Shown: positions 54,401-64,000 of the stretch, one piece after another | How the letters are laid out: each line of letters opens with the position of its first letter | Numbering within the stretch: the first letter of the stretch is position 1 | Assembly: GCA_004431415.1 (NCBI GenBank) | Contig: QPMI01000709.1 | Location: forward strand, 271,254 to 335,253 | DNA: 64,000 nt | Reading direction: 5' to 3' | From: Cyanophora paradoxa CCMP329 | Taxonomy: Eukaryota; Plantae; Glaucophyta | Notes under the pieces: model-generated | The model's database searches: none | Told to the model about the DNA's origin: nothing | What the model saw: only the letters and a program-made list of their open reading frames with translations | Made by a program: the position numbers and the translations under genes

Positions 54401-57400
54401 GCCCGGCTCGGTTTGGCTCACGCCCCGCCCGCAGCGGCCGAGGTGCCGGCGAACGTGCGCGTGCGCTGCCTGCAGCTCGCCCAGGAGGCCGCCGCCGCCG
54501 CCGCCCGCGCCGAGCCGGGCTCCCGCGCCGCGCTGGGGCCCGCCGCCGCCCGCCTCCTCCCGGCCGCCTGCGTCGCGCTGGCGGCCCCGAGCGGCCCGTC
54601 CGCCGCGCCGCCGCCGCCTTCGCCGCGCTCCTGAAGGGCGCCCTCGCCGCCGCCGCCGCCGAGCAGCCGGCCGCCGCCCTCTCGCCCTCCTCACCCGCCT
54701 CGCCATCGACCCGGCGGCCGCCCCGGGGGCCGCCCCGCCGCCCCGCGGGGGCCGCCGCCCCACCCCTCCACCTCTTCTTCGGCGGGGCGCGCGCCAAGGC
54801 GGCCGCCGCGGCGGGCAGCGCGCGCAAGGGCTCCAGCCGCAAGGCGGCCTCGGCGTCGGACAAGGGCGGCCGCGGCGCGGCGCAGGAGGAGTGCGCGGCG
54901 GAGGGCCCCAGCGACGCGGCGCTCGACGCGCTCCTCGCCGTCATCGCCGGCGCCCCCGACGCCCTCGCCGCCGACCCGCCGCCCTGCCCGCCTCCTCGCC
55001 GAGCGCCTCGCCGCCCCGGCCCGCCCCCGTCCGCCCGCAGGGGCAAGAAGTGCGTACCCCCCGCCCGCCCGCCTGCTCCCGCTTGCTCGCCTGAGCCTCG
55101 CCGCCCGCTCGCTCGCAGGGAGGCGCCGGCGTCGGACGTGGCGGGCGACGTGGTCGACTTCCTCGCGGCCTTCGCCCTCCGCTTCGACGGCCCGGCCGGC
55201 TGGCACGCCCGCGCCGCCCTCCTCGCCGCCCTCGCCGCCGCCCGCCCCGCCCCCGCCCTCCGCCCTCGGGGCGCCCTCTGGAGGAGTCGGCCCCGCGCGC
55301 CGCCGCCGCCTCGGCCGCCGCCGCGGCGACGCCCGCCTCCTCTCCGCCGTCGCTGCGGTCGCCTTCCGCCCGGAGGCGGCCGGAGCGCTCGAGGGGACGA
55401 GGGCGCCGCCCTCTTCGACGCCCTCTCGGCCTCCTCGCGAGCCCCGCCGAGGCGGCCGTCCCGCAGGGCGGCACCACCTCCCCGGGCCGCGTCTCGGTCC
55501 GCCTGGACGCCCTCGCCGCCCTCGAGGGCGCCGGCGGCTGGTACGCCGCGCTGCCGGCCGCCCGCCAGGCCGCCGTCTTCGGCGCCCTCCTCACCCTCCT
55601 CGGAGCGAAGCCGCCCCCGAGTGCGCCGGCGCCGTCCACCGCGCCCTGCGGGCCCTCCCGTACCCCCGAGGCCCTCGCCGCCCGCTTCCGCCTCGCCGCC
55701 GGCGGCGCCGGCGCTGCGAGCGCACGCCGCCGCCCTCGGCCGCCAAGCGGGCCCGGCGCAAGGCGGAGGAGACTCCCGACAGCCCCGCTTCCTCGGCTTC
55801 GGGCGCGGCCGCGGCGCCCTCGGGCGTGGCGCTGCGGGGCGCGGCCCTGACGCTGGAGGTGCTCCAGTACAAGGCGGGCGAGGCCGTCGCGGCGGGCGGC
55901 GCGCCCGTCCTCCTCCCGCCCTCTTCGCCCTTCTGCGGGCCCTCCTGCGGCCCCGCCCGGCGGCCGCAGAGGGCGAGGAGGCGGAGGGCCCGGCGCCCGA
56001 GTACCTCAAGCAGCTGTGCATGGGGAGCCTGCGGGAGTGCGCGGCGGGCGGCTCGGCCCCCTCCGAGGCGCTGGACGTGGAGGCCGTCGTGCTCTGCGTG
56101 CAGGGCGCGGCGGACCCGCAGACGCGCAACGCGGCGCTGCTGCTCCTCGCCGGCCTCGCGAGGCGGCGCCCGACCGCGTCCTGGCGCACGTCCTCCCCGT
56201 GGCGGCCGTCCTGGGCCGGCCTCCCTCTCGGCGGACGACGCGGCGACCTTCGCGGCGGTGACGCAGACGATCGAGCGGGTCGTCCCCGTGCTGGCGGCGC
56301 ACGGCCCGACGGGGCGCGGCCCCTCCTCGAGGCCTTCGTCTCCGCCGTGCCCCGCACCGCCCCGCACCGCCGCCTCCCGCTCCTCTCCACCCTCCTCCGC
56401 ACCCTCGGTCCGCCTCGCCCTGCCCCGGCCCTCCTCCTCCTCCTCGCCGCCGCCCCGGCCCCCGGCTTCGACGCGCCCGAGTTCGCGGCGGCGCTCCTCC
56501 TCCACGAGGGCCCGCGCGCCGCCGCCGCCGCCCTCTCCACACTCCTCCACCGCGCCGTCCTGCCCCTCCCCGACGGCTTCCCGGAGACCGCGCGGCGGCG
56601 GCGCCCGCCCCCGCGAAGGGCAGCGGCAAGGCCAGCGCCCGCAAGGAGAAGGAGGCCGCCGCCGCCTCCGCCCCCGCCGAGGCGCCCCTTGTGCCCGAGT
56701 ACGTGGACCCGGCGACCCTGGGCCCGGCCCGCTGCCGCGCCCTCGCCCTCGAGTCCTTCAAGCTGGCCGCCCGCGTGCTGGGGAGCCGGCCCCTCGTCGG
56801 GGCCCTGCTGGAGGCCCCCGCCGACGCCCGCGCCGCCGTCGAGGCGAGCTGCGGCCGCCTCCTCGAGGCGCCCTCCTCGCCCTCCGCCGCGCCGCCGCCC
56901 TCCAGGCCGCCGCGGAGCCCGGCGCCGCGGCGGCGGCCCACGGGGCGGCCCTGGCGCAGGCGGCCGGCTCGGCGCTCGCGCGGGCCGTCGAGCTGCTCCG
57001 CCGGCGCCCTTCGCCTCCGCCATGGACGCGCTCCTCGCGCACAGCGACCCCGCCGTCCGCCGCCGCGCCCTCCAGGCACGCAGCGCAGCCTCTCCCGCCT
57101 CTTCTTCTTCTTCCGCGGCTCACGGTCTCCCCGCGCAGGTGCTGGCGGAGCGGGTGGGCCACACGCCGGAGGGCCCCGAGGGCGACGCGGCGCTGGAGGC
57201 GCTGCTCCCCGCCGCCTCCGCGTCCTCGAGGAGGACGGGCACCCCTCCCACGCCGCCTCCTCCGAGGTGCCACCCTCACTCCCTCCCTCCCTCCCTCTCT
57301 TTCTCTCTGATCGCCGAGCTCGCTCTGTCGCGCAGCGGGCGGGCAACGCGCAGGCGGCGCTCCTCGCCGTCGAGCAGCTGGCCCGGCGCCTCGCGGGGCG

Positions 57401-58632
57401 CCGCCCGGAGCCTTTCGTTGCGGCGGTCCCGCGCGTCCTCGCGGCGCTGGAGGGGCCCAGCGAGGCGCTCGCGGCCTCGGCGCTCCTGACCTCGCGGCGC
57501 TCGCCGTGGAGCTCGGGCCCCGCGTCGTGCCCCACGTGCCCCGCGCCCTCCCGCCCCTCCTCAAGGCCCTCGCCCGCTCCCTCGAGGCCCCAGCCCAAGC
57601 CCAAGCCGCGCGGCCGCGGCGGGCGGCGAGGCGGGCGGCCGGCGGTGCTGCCGGTGGCGGCGCTGGCCGCGATGAGGCGCTCGTGAGCACGGTGCCCCAG
57701 TTCCTCGGCCCGCACCTCCCGGACGCCCTCGCCGCCTGCGTCACCCCCGCCTCCTCGCCTCGGGCCAGCAGGCGCTGCTGGACCGCTCGGCGGCGCTCCT
57801 CTCCGCCGCCGCCGCCCGCGTCCCGCCCGCCTCCTCCTCCCGGCCCTCGCCGCCGCCCTCCCGCGCGCCGCGGAGGCGGGGCCCGAGGGCGTCATCCGCC
57901 TGCTGGAGGCGACGGGCGCCTGCTGCGCCTCGATGCAGCGGCTGGACGCCGCGGCGCTGCACCGGCCCGCCTTCGACCTCATCCTGCGCGCCCTCGAGCT
58001 GCGCCCGAGCCTCCCCGCCGAGCAGGCCCCCGCGGTGGAGGCCGCCGCCTCCTCCGCCGCTGCCTCCCTGGTCATGAAGCTCAGCGAGCGCGAGTTCCGG
58101 CCCCTCTTCCTCCGCGCCCTCGACTGGGCCTCCGCCCTCCCCGCCGGCTCCAGCTCGGGCTCCGGCGAGCGCGCGGACCCGAACCGCGCCATCGCCTTCT
58201 ACGGCTGCTCGGCTCCCTGGCGGAGCGGCTCAAGGCCATCTTCGTCCCCTTCTTCGGGCACGTGTGGAGGCGACGGTGCCCACTTCACTGGGGAGGTGGA
58301 GCTCGTCGGGACGCCAACGTGGCGCCGGCGGCAGCGACCGTCGCCCCCGAGGCCGCCCTCTCAAGCGAGCCCCCTCGGCCAAGCGCCGCCGGGCAAAGAA
58401 GGGGAGGCCGCGGCCCCAGCCTCCGCGGCCAAGCAGGCGGCCTCCTCCGCAGCTGTGGACCCGGAGCGGTTGGCGCGGGACGAGGTGATCGCCTGGCGCT
58501 GCAGGCGCTGCTCTCTGCTTCCGGCATGACGCTGCCGCCGCGACGGGCTTCACCACCCAGGTCTGTCGGCCCATCTCCTCTCTTTCCCTCCTCCCTCCCG
58601 TCCCCCACTGCATCCCCCCCCCCCCCCCCCGC

Positions 58633-58672
<40 letters not shown>

Positions 58673-59445
58673 CTCCCCCCTTCCGCCCTCCCCTCCTCGC
58701 CCAACCCCCTGCTTCAAGCCCTTCTCTCCCTAACCCCCCGCCCCCCCCCTCCCTACCCCCCCCTCCCGCCTCCGCCCCCCCCCTCCCGCCTCCGCCCCCC
58801 CTCCGCCTCCGCCCCCCCCCCCTCCCCCCCGCTCCCCGCCCACCTGCTCGCCTAGGACGGGCTACGCTGTGTATCGCAGGCGCGCTTTGATCGGATGATG
58901 CCCGCGTTGGTGGGCCTCTCCAGCACACGACGTCACCCCGCCCCGTCCGCGCGGCGGCGCCGCCTCCGGTCCGGCGCCAGCCGCCGGCGCAAGCTCCGAG
59001 GGCAAGAAGAAGAAGAAGGAGAAGGGAAGGAGGGGCAGGAGAAGGCGGGGCGGCGACGGGCCCGTACGAGGCGCGGGTGAGACGCTCCTGGCGCCCTGCC
59101 TGGCAGAGATGGCCATGGCAGCGGCTCCGACGTGCGTCCACCACTGCCCCGCAGCCACACTCGGCGGCCACTGACTCTCTTCACAGGCGCTGTGGAAGCC
59201 CCTGAACCATGCCCTGCTGATGGCGACGCGGAGCGAGGATCCCGTCATCCGGCGGCGGCGCTGCGGTGCTTCGAGGTGGTGGCGGCACGGGTGGCGAGGA
59301 GTACCTCGTGCTGCTGCCGGAGAGCATCCCGTTCCTGGCGGAGCTGATGGAGGACGCGGACGCGGGGGTGGAGGCGGAGGTGCGGCGCGCCATCAAGCTC
59401 CTCGAGAGATGTCGGAGAGTCCTCCAGCGCTACCTCTCAGGATAG
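51416..59445 (+). CDS. UTP10: U3 snoRNP protein UTP10 / HEATR1 (BAP28), multi-exon with many frameshifts
   Basis: N-terminal MASDLARQL..KASILF, EYLVRRF.V.EYN...M.CILPYHET..FVR.VQI; C-terminal KLSE..FRPLF, LWKPLN...L and YLVLLPESIPFLAELMED. Confidence 0.9.
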
Positions 59446-61369
59446 TCAGCTCCGCCCCCGACCCGACCTGGAGTGGGGCGGGCACCTCGGCAGCGAGTCG
59501 GCCCCCCTATATGCACTATGATAGCTAGCTATCATAGTGTAGTAGAGCAGGTCTCCTTTAATTTTGATTTCCTTCATGCCTGCGCATGCAGCTGTGCACC
59601 ATGGCCATGCATATGCAGGTACCGGTGCACGTGGCATATGGCGCATGCGCAGGTGCAGGCCTACGTACGTACCCCCGGTATAGTATACTCCGGCGCCGCG
59701 GACGATTTGCAAATTGATCATCATGGCATGCATATGAGCGCGGCCGATCGCGAGCTCGATCGCGAGTTGACTGCGGGCCGATATCGATCGCGAGTTGCTT
59801 ATGCAAAATTAAGAGTGAAGTCGAGTTAATTCTTTAATTTTAATTTTAATTTTCAATTCGAAACGCCGCAGCCAATCGGAACTTCGTTGGTCGAAAAACA
59901 AACGTGGGTTTGTTTTACTCGCATGAGCCTGATCGAAATCGGGTACCCTAAGTTGTGATTCAGTCGTACCCTCCCCACACATTTGCCTGGCGAGATCTTC
60001 TTTGAGCCGCATCTCGCTGGGCCGCGATCGCATCAGACGGCAAGCAGAAGTAGTTTCGCACTGTCCGGGCCGCCGAGCGCGCGGGAATGGCTGAGCTTCA
60101 ATACAAGATCGACTTCGCGTTCCGCCATCGGATGCTCTTGAAGGCCGAGGCCGAGAACGGGATCCCGGCCGGCACGACGCAGCTTCGCAATGCGCACGCC
60201 ACCCCCATCAAGCCGCTGGCGTTGTTCCTCGCCGAGAAACGGGCGAAGAAGAGCCCCAGAGCCGTCAAAGCCTTCTCCGTCATCCAGAAAGTCATTGGGC
60301 GATTAGGGCTACTGCGGTGCTGTTTTGTCATAAGCAAGCAACTCGAGACACGGTTTACGGTGCGCGGCGGCTGGGCGGGTGTGCACACGCGTGCCAAGCT
60401 CACTCGCGCGCGCGCGCCATGCAGGTCACGCCCGAGCGAAGCTCCTGGAGGGCGAGGAGATGGTCGTTCTGGTCCAGCGCCTGAAGGAGCCCTACAGCCT
60501 CGCACCCCCGCAGTCCATCGGTTCGTTTCCGTCAGCGCTCTCCAGCTCATGATCATCCACTTGCTGTACCGCTGCTGACTGTGCGTGCTCAGAGGAGGCA
60601 TGCGCAGAGAAAGCCGATCCAGACCTTCTCAAGACTGATGCAGGCCCTGGTATGTCCGAGGAGAAGTGTGAGGGCGACCGTGGCCGGGACCATCTCGTCG
60701 TTCCTGCCGATGGACGTGTGACCGGGCACATCAACCGTACAAGCCAGGGAAACCGACCCTCAAAGGAATTCTTCTGCTACCGGTGCACTTGTTTACTCGA
60801 AGCCCTTTTGGCACTCGCAATCAATTGCCTGATCATGAACTTCAATGCTGCAGTCTGCTGCTTGCAGTGAAGAACCCATGGGAGCTACCGGCTTGTTGGC
60901 TGTGACTCGCGGGTGCTTGTCGTGGAGGCCATCTGGAAGTTCGATTTGGACAGCACTGGTAATCTCTCTTCATTCTTTGTGATGCGTGTGGCTGCTCCAG
61001 CATTAGAACATTGGAACCCCTTCGATATATATCTAGATCTAGGGGGGGGGCCAGGGATGGTCAAGTGACCCTATGAAAAGTGCCTGCCACATCACTGGCT
61101 AGGTTCCCCCCTCCCCCCCTCCAATCCCCCCCCTCCAATCCTCCCGGCCCTAGCACCCCCCCCCTCCCCCCCCCCTCTCCTTTGTTGGAGGCCCCTGTTC
61201 CTTTTCCTGGGCAACTGGATGTCTCTCTTGTCTCTGCTTGTCTCTGCTTGTTGTCTTATGCATATGTATTCTGTAGATCTGTGTCTTGTTTTCTTTCTTC
61301 GTAGCTTTCCTTCGATAAATCTGTCTGTCTGATACTGTGCTTGTTCTATCCAACCACATACACAGCTAG

Positions 61370-62230
61370 CTGCATGTGTAGTCTCAGGCCCTGCTGCTCT
61401 GGCCCATGTGCAGTCTCAGGCCCTGCAGCTCTGCTAGCTACGAGCCTGCCTCCGCCCATGCCTTCGAATTCAGGCCCCATTCTTTCTGAGCCCCACTAGT
61501 ACTGGGCCATTCCTGGAGGCTCTGCTGCTCTGCTAATCAGGAAAATGTGCCCCCTGTGTCGCTTGAGGCCCCTTCCTTTTTGAGCCCCAGGCCACTGGGC
61601 CGTTCCCTGTGGCCCATGTGCAGTCTCAGCTGCAGGCCTTGCTGCTCTGCTAGCCAGGAGCATGTGCCCTCTAGTGCCACTTGAGGCCCCTTCCTTTTTG
61701 AGCCCCACTGGGCCGCTCCGAGTTCCCAGAGGCCCATGTGCAGTCTCAGCTGCAGGCCCTGTGCTCTGCTAGCCAGGAGCATGTCCCCCCTGTGCCAAGC
61801 CCCACTGGGCGGTTTCTTCCGGAGGCCCATGTGTAGTCTCAGGCCCTGCAGCTCTGCTAGCTATGAGCCTGCCTCAGCCCATGCCTTCAGGCACCATTCT
61901 TTCTGAGCCCCACTAGTACTGGCCATGGGCCATTCCTGGAGGCCCAAGTACGTGCAGTCTCAGCTGCAGGCCCTGCTACTCTGCAGCTGCTAGCCAGGAG
62001 CATGTGCCCTCTAGTGCCGCTTGAGGCCCTTTTTTTTCTGAGCCCCACTGGGCCATTTCTTCTGGACGCCCATGATCATGAGCAGTTCCAGCTGCAGGCC
62101 CTGGTAGCAGGCCCTGTGCTCTGCTAGCCAGGAGCATGTGCTGTCTACTGCGGCTTGAGGCCCCTCCCTTTCTGAGTCCCACTGGGCTATTCCTCCCTTC
62201 CAACTACAGGCCCTGCTACTCTGGCCCTGG
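61370..62230. repeat. Degenerate ~120-bp CpG-poor tandem repeat
   Basis: Recurrent CCCATGTGCAGTCTCAG, CTCTGCTAGCCAGGAGCATGT and TGAGCCCCACT blocks. Confidence 0.8.
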
Positions 62231-64000
62231 CCTTCTAGATTGCTCCCCTTTTTCAGTGCCCTGTGTTTTCTTCCTATTTTCCATCTCCAAAGGCCGCTAG
62301 CCACTAGCTGCTTAATTTGTCCCCGTCTTCGTTCTCTTTTTTTGACTCTAGATCCTCTCCGTGAGTGTAAGCCTCCTCGTGACTGTATCCTTTACAGAAG
62401 AGGCTCTCTGGCAGAACCACGAGCTTCAGGCTTTGAACCCACAGCTGCAGAGCCAGCTGGCTTTGGGTGCCTTTCCTTCCCTCACCATCCACTTTTATGC
62501 AAACGTTTTTACCACTTACATTGTGTTTTTTTCAGAATTCGAAGTCCAACAGGGAGTCAACATTGACCCAGCTGCAGGTCAAGGTAGGGGCCTTTCTTCG
62601 TCTTTGAATTTCTGCTCCGGAAAGGGATCTGATCACATCCCATCGTTCATATGCATCAGATGACGATAATGCACATGGCGACCAGGGCAGGGATGTGCCT
62701 TCAGTAGTGCCCCTTGGTGCACACACTTCTTGCTTGAGCACACCTGTGATTGCGGCTGACAGCATTTAACATGCACTTTAATCTAGATGATGTCTCTGAT
62801 GAAGACTCGAGTGAGGGCATGGTGCCAGCAGATATTGACAGTCTGAGTACAGGTAATCATGCCTCCTACAGATATATAGCTCTCTACTGTGTTGTTGATA
62901 TGTCTCTATCAGGGACACACTCCGAGGACTCAGAGCAATTCGAAGACCACCAACAAGTATTTACTAATGACAAGGAACCGGTGAAATCATGCCACTTTGC
63001 ACAACTTCAAATTGCATCAGCCATTTACTGCTCCAACAGTATGAACAGTATGCTCCAGCTCCCTTGCCTCTCTTGTCAGGACCTCAGAAACGCAAGTATA
63101 GCCCTGACAACTCCATGCCTCAAGATTTTGATTCAACTGTTCAAGCTTCCGGTGCACGTGCATTCATGGCCAATCACTTGTCAAGCCATGATCTAACTCT
63201 GTCATCTCTATGTCAGGGGTTCAATTTCAGCTCGATGAAGACAACACATACATCTTCAAGAACAAGCTTGCCCGCCTCGGCCCGGAGCTTCCTCTGCTGG
63301 GGAACCCTAATTTAACATCCTTGAACAGTACTGCTGACATTAACACACAAGTTCACAAGCAAGGTGGGTCGTTTTTATAAGAGTGGCGATTCTGTGTGAT
63401 AATTGTGTTGGAATTTGCTCAGTTGAAGTGCATCCCACCACGCAAGTGGACGAATCCAGGCTGGACAACCCAGATATTGAGCTCAACATAGTTCCAGGCC
63501 TTGAGAGCCTCCAGCTCCAGGGTGAGGTTTGAAATTTCTTGTAGAGAAATAAATTAACCTTGACTTTTTCATGTAATGCAGCTGGATGTGTTCTTGAGGA
63601 CCTTCATCCAGGGCACGTTCTCGAGCTTAATCAAGCCCCTGTTGGAAGCGCTTTATATGGCTCTTTGAATGCTGCCTCGGGCAACCACAAGTCTCTCCCA
63701 GGCTACAAGGAACTTCAAGAGGTTGATAGATTTGAAGATCTTCACTCTGTAGTGAACAGTCAGGACTGGAGCTAAGAATCCTGAGTAGATTCGAGAACCC
63801 TGAGAAGATTCAAAGAATTCAATCCATGCATGTGAAATGCAATGTAAATAAATACTCATACCTGAAAGATCTGCCCTTGGCGCACGTATACGCACCTAGG
63901 CCGGGTTCGAGCTCTATAGCTATGCATCCTCCTGGGAGGGTCCCTGGCTTGCCCTGCACGTCCCTTTTGGAGCCTCTGCGGCACTCTTATACACTGTCCT

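Noticed and set aside
58610-58850. Poly-C tract as a functional element
   Set aside because: Intronic low-complexity sequence whose length is unreliable in long-read data.
52068-58855. Very long overlapping ORFs on both strands
   Set aside because: Shadow frames of the GC-rich, frameshifted UTP10 gene.

Overview
Eukaryotic (protist-like) genomic DNA: very GC-rich and intron-containing, with many single-base frameshifts that look like uncorrected long-read errors. It contains a complete, AT-rich, 26,833-bp endogenous Polinton-like virus (PLV) at 7315-34147. The element has ~1.35-kb terminal inverted repeats and a 6-bp target-site duplication (GAAATG), and it interrupts an exon of a host polyQ gene in frame. 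Core genes: rve integrase, protein-primed PolB (3'-5' exonuclease apparently eroded), Prim-Pol/D5-type SF3 helicase, A32-like packaging ATPase, double-jelly-roll major capsid protein and two penton-like proteins; no maturation protease is recognisable. Cargo: prokaryotic-type S-adenosylmethionine decarboxylase, a patatin-discoidin fusion, and several fibre genes including a C1q-tipped fibre with a marine-phage-like partner. The most striking non-coding feature is a 95-nt hairpin at each end whose seven internal mismatches are all G.A pairs on the 3'-terminal strand, capped by GCGAAGC, so only that strand should fold stably, into a self-priming structure. There are also iteron-like TGTGACAGG arrays in both TIRs and just downstream of the helicase, and giant-virus-type AAAA(T)TGAC early-promoter motifs. 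Host flanks hold a 199-bp GC-rich satellite, an NMT-like gene, an anoctamin, a zeta/delta-tubulin, a tandemly duplicated unknown gene and UTP10/HEATR1. All protein calls come from motif recognition by eye; no database search was run.
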